In this document: piece after piece, positions 8,295 through 18,329 of the stretch
Position numbering within the stretch: the first letter of the stretch is position 1
Layout of the letters: each line of letters opens with the position of its first letter
From: Methanosphaera stadtmanae DSM 3091
GTDB lineage: Archaea > Methanobacteriota > Methanobacteria > Methanobacteriales > Methanobacteriaceae
DNA: 32,000 nucleotides
NCBI RefSeq assembly: GCF_000012545.1
Contig: NC_007681.1
Span: 1,050,001-1,082,000, forward strand
Direction: 5' to 3'
Program-made: the position numbers and the translations under genes
Notes under the pieces: generated by a model
Told to the model about the DNA's origin: nothing
Seen by the model: the letters and a program-made list of their open reading frames with translations, nothing else
The model's database searches: none

Positions 8295-11200
8295 TTATGG
8301 TTTTATTGTAATAGTACCATTTACTGTAGATGGGGCATAAATATCATTAGATAAGTAATTTACTGTGAGTTTTTGTGAACCTTGTGGTAATTTAAGAGTT
8401 GTTTTTGCTTGTCCATTTACTAAATTAGCACTTGCAATTACACTACCCATATATACTACATTTACACTTCCTATTTTAACTGGCATATTTTTAGTATCCC
8501 ATACATCTATAACAAGTGTTGTGTTTGTTGTGGTTTTACTTGTTGTACTTAGTTTTATTGATGTTTTTGTTTTACTAATAGTAACTGATTTTACTACCTG
8601 TGAATCTTTATACATTGTGTTGTTAGTAAATTTAAATGTATATTTATGTGCTCCTGCAGTTGGTGTTAAATTAACAATACACATACCATTTACTACATTT
8701 GCCCTACTTACAATAGAACCCTTTGTATCATATACTTCTATTGTACCATTATTTATGGATTGTTTATTGAAGTTACGTGTAACTATTTTAAATTGTGTAT
8801 TTGTTGTAGTAGTATTTAATGTGTATATATCCATAGCTGAGTTATCTTTAACAACATTTATTGTTTTAAGAATAGCTACTTGTCTGTATATATCATCACC
8901 AACATATAATATTCTGTATCTATGTGCTCCTGCAGTTGGTGTTAAATTAACAATACACATACCATTTACTACATTTGCCCTACTTACAATAGAACCCTTT
9001 GTATCATATACTTCTATTGTACCATTATTTATGGATTGTTTATTGAAGTTACGTGTAACTATTTTAAATTGTGTATTTGTTGTAGTAGTATTTAATGTGT
9101 ATATATCCATAGCTGAGTTATCTTTAACAACATTTATTGTTTTAAGAATAGCTACTTGTCTGTATATATCATCACCAACATATAATATTCTGTATCTATG
9201 TGCTCCTGCAGTTGGTGTCATATTTATTATGTATTCACCATTTACAATATTTCCAGTACTTACAACAACACCTGTTGTAGTATCATTTACCACCATAACA
9301 CCACTTTTAAGTGGATTTTTAGATGAATCTTTAATGAGTATCTTAAGTGTTGTATTGGTTGTAACAGCCTTTAGTGTGTATAAATCCATACCAACCTTTT
9401 CTTTTAAAACATTTATTGTTTTAAGAATAGCTACTTCTTTGTATGTATCATCACCCACATATAATATTCTGTATCTGTGTGCTCCTGCAGTTGGTGTTAA
9501 ATTTATTATGTATTCACCATTTACAATATTTCCAGTATTTACAACAACACCTGTTGTAGTATCATTTACCACCATAACACCACTTTTAAGTGGATTTTTA
9601 GATGAATCTTTAATGAGTATTTTAAGTGTTGTATTTACTGTACTAGCTTTTAATGTGTATAAATCCATACTAATTTTTTCTTTTCTAATATTTAATGATT
9701 TTATAATAGTTGATGCGTTATACTTAGTATCACCAAGATATTTTATGGTGTATTTTTGAATTCCTGCTTCTGGTTTTAGATTTATCATGTATGTACCATT
9801 TACAAGACTTCCTTTACTTACAAGGTTATCTTCCACATCATACACTTCAATAAGCCCATTTGTTATTGTTTTTCTTTTTGAATCATGTACTCCTACTTTA
9901 ACTGTTGTATTTGTTGTAATGGAGTTAAGTGTGTATATATCCATACCTGTTGGTTCTTTTGCTGCATCTATTGTTGTTGTGTTAGTTGAAGGCATATATA
10001 AGTTTTCATTTCCATCATATACTACTGTAATATCATGTTTTCCTGTAGGTAAATTAAGATTTGTTGTTGCACTACCATCTACTAAGTCAATAGTTGATAA
10101 TAAGTTTTCATTTTCATAGATTTTTACTGTTTCATTACCAATTTGTGTGTTAAATCTATTTAATCCAGTTATGTTAATTGTAACATTTTTATAACTGTTT
10201 TTTAGAACATCAATTATGATATGTGTATCTACTTTGGAAGTAAATGTGTTGTTTATTAGATTAATTTCATGTGGATACAATGCATCTTCTTCTAATTCTT
10301 CTGAATCAAGAAGATTTTTCTGTGTTCCACTGATGTATGTATTTTCTACTGTTAGATAGTTAGCTTTACAACTGGAACTAGAATATATTGCATTATTACC
10401 TCCATTATTTAATAATCGGGAATTGTTGATGTATGCAACACCATCTTCAGCATATATTGCTCCACCATTACCTGCTGAGTTTTCTGTGAATATGGAGTTA
10501 TCAATGTATGTTTGTGCATTCCTACTTTTTGGTGCTGTTATGTGTATTGCTCCACCATCATCTGCATTGTTTTGTATGAATATGGAATTAAATACTGTTA
10601 ATTTAGCACTATTATATATTGCTCCACCAAAGAATGATGCAAAGTTTTTTATGAATGTGGAGTTAATTACTGTTAGATTGTTTTCATTGTATATTGCTCC
10701 ACCCATCATATATCCATTATTTTCCTCAAAGGTACAGTTTATTACTTCTAATGTTCCATAATTTGATATTGCTCCACCATTACCATCTAATCCACACCCA
10801 TATACTATTAAATTTTTAATAGTAAGTGTAGTACCTTTATTTACTGTTATAAAATGATTTTCATCATCACTACGTATTTTATTACCATTTCCATTGATTG
10901 TTACTTTTGTATTGTTTCCTGAGATATTTAATGTATCATCAGTTGTTGTGATATCTTTTCCTATGGAAATTGTAACTTCTTTATCTTTTGCAGAGTTTAT
11001 AGTATTTTTTAGTTCATCATAATTATTTACATTACTAGTTGTGTTTTGTGTATCTTGTTTTATTGTTTTTACAGGTGTTTTATCTTTTGATGTGTCTTTT
11101 TTATTTTCTAGGTTTTTTGTAGTTTGTTGTGATGTTTTTATATTATCACTACTTTTGATATTATTAGTATCTTCTTTTATATTGGTTTTTTCTATTGAAA

Positions 11201-11345
11201 GAGATGTATTTGGCATGTCAGCACTAACAGTTGTAGCACTAGATGTTATGTTATCTGTAGCAGATACTGCTGTTAATCCCACAATTAAAAGAACCATTAA
11301 AGATAAAAAGAAGATTTTATGCTTGTTTTTTAACATATGAATCAA
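8295..11345 (-). CDS. adhesin-like surface protein: signal/TM, Thr/Asn-rich linker, GGAI (PMP / parallel beta-helix type) repeats, then about 7 Ig-like modules of 92-93 aa
   Basis: 1016 aa. The real start is probably the third Met (MLKNKHKIFFLSLMVLLIVGLTAVSA, about 11336). GGAI(Y/S/H)N repeats alternate with N(C/S)(T/I)F..N motifs. The C-terminal half is tandem ~92-aa modules (MD[IL]YTL..T.NT...K ... VNG...I.L.P.AG...Y...Y.GD..Y). Confidence 0.85.
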   Translation of the reverse strand: MIHMLKNKHKIFFLSLMVLLIVGLTAVSATDNITSSATTVSADMPNTSLSIEKTNIKEDTNNIKSSDNIKTSQQTTKNLENKKDTSKDKTPVKTIKQDTQNTTSNVNNYDELKNTINSAKDKEVTISIGKDITTTDDTLNISGNNTKVTINGNGNKIRSDDENHFITVNKGTTLTIKNLIVYGCGLDGNGGAISNYGTLEVINCTFEENNGYMMGGAIYNENNLTVINSTFIKNFASFFGGAIYNSAKLTVFNSIFIQNNADDGGAIHITAPKSRNAQTYIDNSIFTENSAGNGGAIYAEDGVAYINNSRLLNNGGNNAIYSSSSCKANYLTVENTYISGTQKNLLDSEELEEDALYPHEINLINNTFTSKVDTHIIIDVLKNSYKNVTINITGLNRFNTQIGNETVKIYENENLLSTIDLVDGSATTNLNLPTGKHDITVVYDGNENLYMPSTNTTTIDAAKEPTGMDIYTLNSITTNTTVKVGVHDSKRKTITNGLIEVYDVEDNLVSKGSLVNGTYMINLKPEAGIQKYTIKYLGDTKYNASTIIKSLNIRKEKISMDLYTLKASTVNTTLKILIKDSSKNPLKSGVMVVNDTTTGVVVNTGNIVNGEYIINLTPTAGAHRYRILYVGDDTYKEVAILKTINVLKEKVGMDLYTLKAVTTNTTLKILIKDSSKNPLKSGVMVVNDTTTGVVVSTGNIVNGEYIINMTPTAGAHRYRILYVGDDIYRQVAILKTINVVKDNSAMDIYTLNTTTTNTQFKIVTRNFNKQSINNGTIEVYDTKGSIVSRANVVNGMCIVNLTPTAGAHRYRILYVGDDIYRQVAILKTINVVKDNSAMDIYTLNTTTTNTQFKIVTRNFNKQSINNGTIEVYDTKGSIVSRANVVNGMCIVNLTPTAGAHKYTFKFTNNTMYKDSQVVKSVTISKTKTSIKLSTTSKTTTNTTLVIDVWDTKNMPVKIGSVNVVYMGSVIASANLVNGQAKTTLKLPQGSQKLTVNYLSNDIYAPSTVNGTITIKP
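8645..9218. repeat. perfect tandem duplication: 276-bp unit x2, plus about the first 21 bp of a third unit
   Basis: I compared 8646-8921 with 8922-9197 base by base and they are identical. They encode two identical 92-aa modules within the adhesin-like CDS. Confidence 0.9.
9198..9755. repeat. tandem 279-bp unit x2, near-identical over about the first 165 bp and then diverging
   Basis: 9198-9476 and 9477-9755 both start (a/g)tgtgctcctgcagttggtgt and share long identical stretches. They encode 93-aa modules. Confidence 0.8.
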
Positions 11346-11902
11346 GTTTTTTTTCTTTTATATGAAAATTTTTACTTTATTTGTTTTAGATTTTTATTTA
11401 GCTTAATATGAACTTGTTTTTATTGAAAAAAAAATAACTAAATAAAAACCTCGTAATATTATATATCATATTATTTATTAATAAATCTTTTCTAAAAAAA
11501 TGAAAATAAAAGGATAAAATTAAAAATAAAAGAAGATATTCTAAAAAAATTAATTTTTCAATAATAAAAAAGAGAATTTACAGATAATCTCTTAAATTAA
11601 TTACTTTTAATCAAATTTAACCAATACTGTTGTGATTTTTAATTTTAAAGCCTGAGTGATAATTTAAATAAAATTTAATTGAATAAAATTAAGTTTTAAA
11701 GTAAAAGTTAAAATATATAAGAAAAAAATAAAGACCAAATATACACACAAAAAATATATTCCAACTAAAAAATCAATTCATAAGTAAATTTTTTTATAGA
11801 AATTTAGACATATATAATATACAATAAAAAGAAAAATTTTTCAAAAAAAATAACCACCCTCTTTTTTATAATAATTAAATTACACAAAAACGGAGAATAT
11901 CA

Positions 11903-13594
11903 ATGGATATAGAAGAAACTATTTATAAATATGCTTTAACTAATGCTATAGAACATGGAAATAAATGTCAAGTAGGATCAGTAATAGGAATGGTAATGTC
12001 TAAAAACCCAGAAATGAGAAAAGACCCCAAAACTGTATCACAACTTGCAGGAAAATTAGTTGCAAAAGTAAATAATTTAACACCAGAAGAACAACAAAAA
12101 GAAGTGGAATCACTTGGTGGACTAGAACAACATACAAAAAAAGAAGAAAAACCGAAAGGATTACCTGAATTAAAAAATACTGAAGATAAAAAAGTAACAC
12201 TAAGATTTGCACCAAATCCATCAGGACCACTTCATATTGGACATGCAAGAGCAGCAATACTAAACAAACTATACCAGGAAAAATACAATGGAAAACTAAT
12301 TCTTAGAATTGAAGATACAGATCCAAAAAGAGTAGAACCAGATGCATATGATGCAATACCACAAGATATTAAATGGTTAGGTATAGAACCAGATGAAATA
12401 TACACCCAAAGTGACAGACTAGAAATATACTATGAATATGCACAAAAAGCAATAGAAATAGGTGCTGCATATATGTGTAAATGTGATGGTGGAGAATTTA
12501 AAAAACTTAAAGATAACTGTCAACCATGTCCATGTAGAAGTCATACCATAGAAGAAAACATGGAATTATGGAATAACTTTGAAAATATGGAAGAAGGAGA
12601 AGCAGTACTTCGTATAAAAACAGATATAAATCATAAAAATCCTGCAATACGTGACTGGGTTGCAATGAGAATAGTAAACCAAGAACATCCAAGATTAGGA
12701 AATAAATATAAAATCTATCCAATGATGAACTTCTCAGTAACAGTAGATGATCATCTTATGGGAATGACACATGTATTACGTGGAAAAGACCATCTTGCAA
12801 ACAGTGAAAAACAAACATACCTATACAAACACTTTGGATGGGATGTACCAGAGTTTATTCACTATGGTAGATTAAAAATGGATGATGTAGAACTTAGTAC
12901 ATCTAAAGCAAGAGAAGGTATTGAAAATAAAACATACACTGGATGGGATGATCCAAGACTTGGAACTATACGTGCAATTGCAAGAAGAGGAATTAAAAAA
13001 GAAGTACTTTATGATTTAATAGAGGAGATTGGAACAAAACAAGCCGATGCAACAATAAGTTGGAAGAAAATCTATGGATTAAATCGTAACATCATAGAGG
13101 AAAACACAAACAGATACTTCTTCATACCAAATGCTGTTAAAGTAGATGTTGAAAATCTACCAAGTTCTAAAACAAACATGACAGTAGAACGTGAACTTCA
13201 CTATAACAAACCAGAAAAAGGATTTAGAAACTTAACATTTAATGGTAGTGTATACATACCAGAAGATGACTATAAACATGCACAAGATAAAAACATACCA
13301 TTAAGACTAATGGATTTAATAAATATTAAAATAGAGGAAGATAAAGTAATATATGATAGTGAAACTCTTGAAGATGCACAAGCACAACATGCACGTATTA
13401 TACAATGGGCACCAGTTGAAACATCCATAAGTGCTACAGTTGTAATGCCAGATAATACTCATGTTACAGGATATATTGAATGTGATGCATCAAATCTAGA
13501 AGTTGATGATATGGTACAACTTGAAAGATTTGGATTTGCAAGAGTAGATAAAATAAATGATAATGAAATAACATTCTATTATACACATAACTAA
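11903..13594 (+). CDS. gltX: glutamyl-tRNA synthetase, archaeal type
   Basis: 563 aa. It has the class I HIGH motif ([15 protein letters not shown]), a KMSKS-equivalent (LSTSK), and archaeal/eukaryal GluRS-like blocks ([18 protein letters not shown]). Confidence 0.93.
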   Translation: MDIEETIYKYALTNAIEHGNKCQVGSVIGMVMSKNPEMRKDPKTVSQLAGKLVAKVNNLTPEEQQKEVESLGGLEQHTKKEEKPKGLPELKNTEDKKVTLRFAPNPSGPLHIGHARAAILNKLYQEKYNGKLILRIEDTDPKRVEPDAYDAIPQDIKWLGIEPDEIYTQSDRLEIYYEYAQKAIEIGAAYMCKCDGGEFKKLKDNCQPCPCRSHTIEENMELWNNFENMEEGEAVLRIKTDINHKNPAIRDWVAMRIVNQEHPRLGNKYKIYPMMNFSVTVDDHLMGMTHVLRGKDHLANSEKQTYLYKHFGWDVPEFIHYGRLKMDDVELSTSKAREGIENKTYTGWDDPRLGTIRAIARRGIKKEVLYDLIEEIGTKQADATISWKKIYGLNRNIIEENTNRYFFIPNAVKVDVENLPSSKTNMTVERELHYNKPEKGFRNLTFNGSVYIPEDDYKHAQDKNIPLRLMDLINIKIEEDKVIYDSETLEDAQAQHARIIQWAPVETSISATVVMPDNTHVTGYIECDASNLEVDDMVQLERFGFARVDKINDNEITFYYTHN

Positions 13595-13607
13595 AAAGGT
13601 GAAATAT

Positions 13608-14843
13608 ATGGCAGTGAAAGTAAATGAATACTATAGTTTAATACAAAACAACTACTTATTTGTAGAAATTGCAAGAAGAGTAGATGAATATCAAAAAGAA
13701 AATCCAGATGCAAATCTCATAAAAATGGGAATTGGAGATGTAACAAGACCACTTGCAAAATCAGTAGTTGAAGCATTTAAAAGGGCTGTTGATGAATTAG
13801 GTGATGCTGATACATTTAGAGGATATGGTCCAGAACAAGGATATGACTTCTTAATTGAAGATGTTATAGAAAATGATTATAAACCATTAGGAGTAGAACT
13901 TAAAAACTCTGAAGTATTTATAAGTGATGGAGCAAAATGTGATACTGGAAATTTCCAGGAACTCTTTTCTAAAGATAATATAATTGCAGTAACAGATCCT
14001 GTATATCCTGTATATGTTGATAGTAATGTAATGGCAGGACGTAGTGGTAAAATGGGTGAAGATGGATTCTATGAAAACATAGTATATCTTCCAGCAACTA
14101 GTGAAAATGACTTTGTACCATCACTTCCTAGTGAAAAAGTAGATATTATCTATCTATGTTATCCTAACAATCCTACAGGAACAACTCTTACAAAAGAACA
14201 ATTAAAAGAATGGGTAGATTATGCACATGAAAACGATGCATTAATATTATTTGATGCTGCATATGAATCATTTATTAAAACTCCTGGAATTCCACATAGT
14301 ATCTTTGAAATTGAAGGTGCAAAAGATGTTGCAGTTGAATTTAGAAGTTATTCAAAAGTAGCAGGATTTACTGGTACTCGTTGTGCTTACTGTGTTGTAC
14401 CAGAAGAGGTTTATGTTAAAGATGCTAATGGTAATAAAGTACAATTAAATCCATTATGGAATAGAAGACAATCAACTAAATTTAATGGTGTATCATATCC
14501 TGTTCAAAGGGCTGCACAGGCAATTTACACACCTGAAGGTAAGAAAGAAATTCAAGAAAATCTTGATTATTATGTTAAAAATGCACAAGTTATTCGAGAA
14601 AGTCTTGAAAAAATGGGATTAAAAGTTTATGGAGGAGTAGATTCACCATATATTTGGTTTAAAACACCTAATGATATTGATTCCTGGAGTTTCTTTGATA
14701 TTTTACTTAAAGAAGCTCATGTTGTAAGTACTCCTGGTGCTGGATTTGGTCCAAGTGGAGAAGGTTATCTTAGATTAACTGCATTTAATACTTATGAAAA
14801 TACTGTTGAAGCTATGGATAGAATTTCAAAATTAGAATTCTAA
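13608..14843 (+). CDS. dapL: LL-diaminopimelate aminotransferase (DapL)
   Basis: DapL hallmark blocks are present: [50 protein letters not shown], and the PLP-lysine region [14 protein letters not shown] place the start at ATG 13608 (AGGTGA SD upstream), not the GTG at 13599 in the ORF track. The gene lies 13 nt after gltX. Confidence 0.88.
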   Translation: MAVKVNEYYSLIQNNYLFVEIARRVDEYQKENPDANLIKMGIGDVTRPLAKSVVEAFKRAVDELGDADTFRGYGPEQGYDFLIEDVIENDYKPLGVELKNSEVFISDGAKCDTGNFQELFSKDNIIAVTDPVYPVYVDSNVMAGRSGKMGEDGFYENIVYLPATSENDFVPSLPSEKVDIIYLCYPNNPTGTTLTKEQLKEWVDYAHENDALILFDAAYESFIKTPGIPHSIFEIEGAKDVAVEFRSYSKVAGFTGTRCAYCVVPEEVYVKDANGNKVQLNPLWNRRQSTKFNGVSYPVQRAAQAIYTPEGKKEIQENLDYYVKNAQVIRESLEKMGLKVYGGVDSPYIWFKTPNDIDSWSFFDILLKEAHVVSTPGAGFGPSGEGYLRLTAFNTYENTVEAMDRISKLEF

Positions 14844-14865
14844 TTTTTCTACCATAACTTTTTTT
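14844..14865 (+). terminator. oligo-T tracts (T5, T7) after dapL
   Basis: taaTTTTTctaccataacTTTTTTTat follows the stop codon immediately. Confidence 0.35.
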
Positions 14866-14997
14866 ATAAAAAAAAATATTTTACCTAAATTGAGGTGTTT
14901 TATGATAAATAAAGCCCTATTTTTAAGTAAAATTAAGTATTTTTGAGAAATACTTAAATAATACCTATGATATATCTATCTAAAGGAGATGTAAAAT

Positions 14998-15207
14998 ATG
15001 ACAGAAATACCAAAAGCACCTGTAACTAGAATTGTTAAAAATGCTGGTGCAGAAAGAATAAGTAAAGATGCAGAAGAAAAAATCGTTGAAGCTGTAGAAG
15101 CTTATGCTGACAAATTAGCATCCGCAGTTATTGATTTAGCAAAACATGCTGACCGCAAAACTATACAAGCTGAAGACGTAGAATTAGCTTTAAAACATTT
15201 TAACTAA
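14998..15207 (+). CDS. archaeal histone (HMf/HMt family histone fold)
   Basis: 69 aa. It is collinear with HMfB-type histones (PKAPVTRIVKNAGAERIS ... AKHADRKTIQAEDVELALKHF). An SD-like AAGGAGAT lies upstream. Confidence 0.95.
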   Translation: MTEIPKAPVTRIVKNAGAERISKDAEEKIVEAVEAYADKLASAVIDLAKHADRKTIQAEDVELALKHFN

Positions 15208-15256
15208 TTCTCTTCCTTCTTTAACCTTTATGTTCTAATTTTAAATTTAATATTTA

Positions 15257-15264
15257 TTTTTTTT
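15257..15264 (+). terminator. T8 tract about 50 nt after the histone stop
   Basis: tatttaTTTTTTTTatttc. This is an oligo-T archaeal termination signal in an AT-rich background. Confidence 0.3.
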
Positions 15265-15331
15265 ATTTCAAAAATAAGTTATTTCTATTTATCATACTAA
15301 TTTTCTAAAAAAAAAGTTAAAAATTGGAAAT

Positions 15332-16744
15332 TTAGTTTTTATTTCCTGATTTTATACCCATGAGTGATAATAGTATTGCTATTATACATAGTATTGTTGA
15401 TAGTATCATTGTTACTTGGCTACTTAGTATTAGTTGTGGATAATGTTGTGGTATTATTGGAACGTTACCCATTATATATGCAAATACTAGTGTTAAAAGT
15501 CCTAGACTAAATGATTGTCCTATTGTTCTTACTGTGGATAGAGATGCTGATGCTGTTGCTATGTCTTTTTTATCAACTGATCCTAGTATTACATTGTTGT
15601 TTGGTGTTGAAAATAGACTAAATCCAACTCCTTGTAGTATCATTGATATGAATATCATATATAATGGTGTTGTTTCATCTAAGAAACACAGTATAACCAG
15701 TGCTATTGATACTATTATCATTCCTATTGCTGCTAGTATTTGTGGATTGATTTTATCTGATAGTCTTCCTGCTATTGGTGCACCTATTGCCATGATTAGT
15801 GGTGTGACAATAAGTATTAGTCCTGTTGTTTCTGGACTAAATCCATTTAAGTATTGTAGATGATAATTTAAAATATATGTTACCACAAATGTTGCAAAAT
15901 AACTAATTAAAGATGCAATATTAGAGGAGGTGTATTTTACATTCCTAAATAAGTGCATATCATATATAGGATATTGTTCTTTTAATTCATACTTTGCAAA
16001 AATTGCTAGTATAACAAGACCTATAACCACAGTTATGATACCAATCACATCATGTAGTATTGTAAAACCATACATTAAAATTAAAATTCCAACAACATAA
16101 AGTAGTGAACCTTTAACATCTATAGGATCTCCACCACCAATTATCCATTCCTTATCAATTCTTGTTAGGAGATAATATGATATTAATATTAGTGGAACTG
16201 TAATATAGAATATACTTCTCCAACCCACATACTCCACTAGAAAACCACTAACAGTTGGAGCAAGTGTAAGACCAAGATACACTCCTGTTACTGTAATACC
16301 AATAGCCTGACCTCTTTTTTGTGGAGGTACTTGTTCTGTTATTATTGCCATACTATTTACAAATAGAACTGCAGAAGCTATACCTTGAATTATTCGTGCT
16401 ACTAACATAAATTCTATATTAAATGCTATACCAGACAATATAGAACCTACAACATAGCCTATAAGACCTATTCCCATAGTTTTGTTTAAACCATATTTTC
16501 CACATATTTTACCAAAGGGCACACTTGCAGCTGCTATAACTAGTAGATATATGTTTACTAGCCAGTTTTGCATTATATTTGTAATATTAAAGTCAACTGC
16601 TATAGTTGGAAGTGCAACAGATACAGCATTTGATGTAAAAGCAACACCAAAAGAAGCTAGCATTGCAATTAATATTACATACTTATTCATAATTTTCTCA
16701 TTTACCATGATATTATATTTCTTAATTATAAGTAATATATTCAA
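15332..16744 (-). CDS. MFS transporter, DHA2 (EmrB/QacA-like, about 14 TM) drug:H+ antiporter type
   Basis: 470 aa and hydrophobic throughout. It has MFS motif-A-like GKICGKYGLNKT and motif-C-like regions. The start is uncertain: internal Met codons at about 16708 and 16693 are alternatives. Confidence 0.8.
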   Translation of the reverse strand: MNILLIIKKYNIMVNEKIMNKYVILIAMLASFGVAFTSNAVSVALPTIAVDFNITNIMQNWLVNIYLLVIAAASVPFGKICGKYGLNKTMGIGLIGYVVGSILSGIAFNIEFMLVARIIQGIASAVLFVNSMAIITEQVPPQKRGQAIGITVTGVYLGLTLAPTVSGFLVEYVGWRSIFYITVPLILISYYLLTRIDKEWIIGGGDPIDVKGSLLYVVGILILMYGFTILHDVIGIITVVIGLVILAIFAKYELKEQYPIYDMHLFRNVKYTSSNIASLISYFATFVVTYILNYHLQYLNGFSPETTGLILIVTPLIMAIGAPIAGRLSDKINPQILAAIGMIIVSIALVILCFLDETTPLYMIFISMILQGVGFSLFSTPNNNVILGSVDKKDIATASASLSTVRTIGQSFSLGLLTLVFAYIMGNVPIIPQHYPQLILSSQVTMILSTILCIIAILLSLMGIKSGNKN

Positions 16745-16785
16745 AGTATAAAAAAAATTTTGAAAAAAAAGGGGAGTTTAAAGAC

Positions 16786-17049
16786 TTAAAAATTATTAGA
16801 TGCTAAATTATCTTCTATTACTTGTATTATGTTTCTTGCTACCTGTGGTGTCATAACAATTTGTAGATTACATTCTTGTATCATTTCAACATTACCAAAT
16901 TCATCACTTGAAAGTTTATCTTCAATAAATGCAACACGTATCTGATCATTTGATCCTACACACACTGCTCCAGATACAGGATTTGTTTGTGTATCTTTGA
17001 CTACTATTTTTGGTACTTGTCCATTGTTTAGGTTATCTAGGTTATCCAT
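16786..17049 (-). CDS. hypothetical small protein (87 aa), translationally coupled to the upstream wHTH gene
   Basis: Its ATG overlaps the upstream stop in ATGGATAA (an 8-nt overlap). The C-terminal IVMTPQVARNIIQVIEDNL faintly resembles DUF3467-type proteins, but that is not a firm call. Confidence 0.5.
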   Translation of the reverse strand: MDNLDNLNNGQVPKIVVKDTQTNPVSGAVCVGSNDQIRVAFIEDKLSSDEFGNVEMIQECNLQIVMTPQVARNIIQVIEDNLASNNF

Positions 17050-17599
17050 AATTTATCATCTTCCTATTTTTATCCTGTGGGTAAACACTATTTATTACAA
17101 AGTTATTTGGAAGTGTAGAAGTATTAATTTTCGTATTTTTAAGGTCTTCATATTCTTTTGTTTTAACGAGTATTTCCTCATTTTCCTCTAATTTTTCGAG
17201 TTCCCCATCAATATCAACTTCATATTCAAAGTTATTCATAAATCTTTCAAATTCCTCATCACTTAATACATCACCTAGTATGTCTTTTTTATGTTCCATG
17301 TCATGTTCCATTACTAGTTCTACAAGTGTTATCTGTGTTTTAATTAATGTTTTCACAATCTTTGAATTAAGATTTACTTTGTAATTTGTACCATCCTTAA
17401 CTAGTATTTCTAGTTCTTCAAGAGTTTTGATAAAGGAATTTAGAGTTACTCGTGATATTTGTGCTCCATATGCTATTTCCTTTTTTGTGTATGGTTTTTC
17501 TGGATTTGTTAACACATAACTTACTACTTTTACTTGAGGATATTTTCCAAATATTTTTTCATACATAATACTATTACACCACGTATATTTTTTAAACAT
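17042..17599 (-). CDS. winged-helix DNA-binding protein with an acidic C-terminal extension (putative transcription regulator)
   Basis: It has a wHTH-like segment (KVVSYVLTNPEKPYTKKEIAYGAQISRVTLNSFIKTLEELEILVKDGTNYKV). The true start is possibly MYEKIF (about 17563). Confidence 0.6.
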   Translation of the reverse strand: MFKKYTWCNSIMYEKIFGKYPQVKVVSYVLTNPEKPYTKKEIAYGAQISRVTLNSFIKTLEELEILVKDGTNYKVNLNSKIVKTLIKTQITLVELVMEHDMEHKKDILGDVLSDEEFERFMNNFEYEVDIDGELEKLEENEEILVKTKEYEDLKNTKINTSTLPNNFVINSVYPQDKNRKMINYG

Positions 17600-17605
17600 T
17601 ACTTA

Positions 17606-17627
17606 TACATGAAAAAAATTTCATGTA
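17606..17627. promoter_or_regulatory. perfect 9-bp inverted repeat TACATGAAA-aaaa-TTTCATGTA in the divergent intergenic region (candidate operator)
   Basis: Read directly from the sequence: arms 17606-17614 and 17619-17627, with a 4-nt spacer. It lies between the wHTH gene (minus strand) and the 94-aa gene (plus strand). Confidence 0.4.
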
Positions 17628-17651
17628 CAGAAATTATACATATAATTATAT

Positions 17652-17936
17652 ATGTCTACTACTATATATAATCTTATGAAGTCTAATCCAGATTTAGAAA
17701 AGGACATCCTATCCACATTATTCAAACATGGATGTATTGGAAAGCATCATACACCAATAATAAACCTTTGTAGAAACCTAAATCAATATTCAACCAAGGA
17801 AATTAAAAAAGGAATAAAATCCCTCCGTAAAAAGAAGTACATTAACCTTTATAAAACATATCATGGATTAGATGTTAGACTTGTTCCATCTAGTCTTCAA
17901 GAGGTAAAGAAAATAATTGACTATAAGGAAAAATAA
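17652..17936 (+). CDS. hypothetical small basic protein (94 aa)
   Basis: Intact ORF with a Lys-rich C-terminal half (KKGIKSLRKKKYINLYK). It is divergent from the wHTH gene. I recognise no family. Confidence 0.5.
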   Translation: MSTTIYNLMKSNPDLEKDILSTLFKHGCIGKHHTPIINLCRNLNQYSTKEIKKGIKSLRKKKYINLYKTYHGLDVRLVPSSLQEVKKIIDYKEK

Positions 17937-18319
17937 GAAGTACTCCAGATATTTTTAAAGAGAATAAAAAGAATATAATCAACCAATTGTTATAATAAAA
18001 AATTATTAATCCTCTAAAACACCCTATTAACATTTTATAAAGCTTATTTTAAATTTATAATTATTTATAATTACAAATTATAATCCATTTAGCCATAATA
18101 TGATACTAGGATAAATAAAATTATTAACTAACCTTTTAAATAGAATCAATGCCTATATAATAAGTGAAGAGTATTAGATATTAATTAATATCTTAATTTA
18201 TAAATAAGATAATTAAAACAATATATTTAAAAAAATAGTGAATTAAAAACAATCAAATTTCCAAAAAAATAATAATAGAAAGAAGATTATATTCACAAAA
18301 AAATAATAGAAATATAAAC

Positions 18320-18326
18320 AGGTGAT
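18320..18326 (+). promoter_or_regulatory. SD-like AGGTGAT, 3 nt before ATG 18330
   Basis: The read sequence is acAGGTGATaacATG. The downstream paralogue has the same geometry. Confidence 0.5.
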
Positions 18327-18329
18327 AAC

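Noticed and set aside
8645-9755. CRISPR-like regular repeats
   Set aside because: The periodicity is 276-279 bp of contiguous coding sequence with no short repeat/spacer structure. These are protein-module repeats.
8365-9759. 464-aa ORF on the plus strand, antisense to the adhesin-like gene, plus the further antisense ORFs at 9787..10119, 10423..10761 and 11041..11340
   Set aside because: It lies entirely within the repeat region of a much longer minus-strand gene with recognisable domains. Its translation is low-complexity (Phe/Val/Leu/Ile/Thr-rich) and simply mirrors the periodic Asn/Thr-rich sense strand. I see no start context or motif.
11346-11902. A 557-bp intergenic region between the adhesin-like gene and gltX, checked for ncRNA, tRNA or hidden ORFs
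   Set aside because: It is extremely A/T-rich with homopolymer runs. It has no GC-rich island, no cloverleaf-compatible segments and no ORF. It is most simply a pair of divergent promoters.
13599-13607. GTG start at 13599 for dapL, as given in the ORF track (MKYMAVKV...)
   Set aside because: The GTG is itself part of the AGGTGA Shine-Dalgarno-like motif. ATG 13608 follows that motif at proper spacing and gives MAVKVNE..., which matches the usual DapL N-terminus.
17940-18329. A possible metal-sensing riboswitch or leader in the 390-bp region upstream of the half-transporter pair
   Set aside because: I could find no GC-containing conserved helices or recognisable riboswitch core. The sequence is nearly pure A/T. 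The known Mn riboswitch class is bacterial. There is no support from the sequence.
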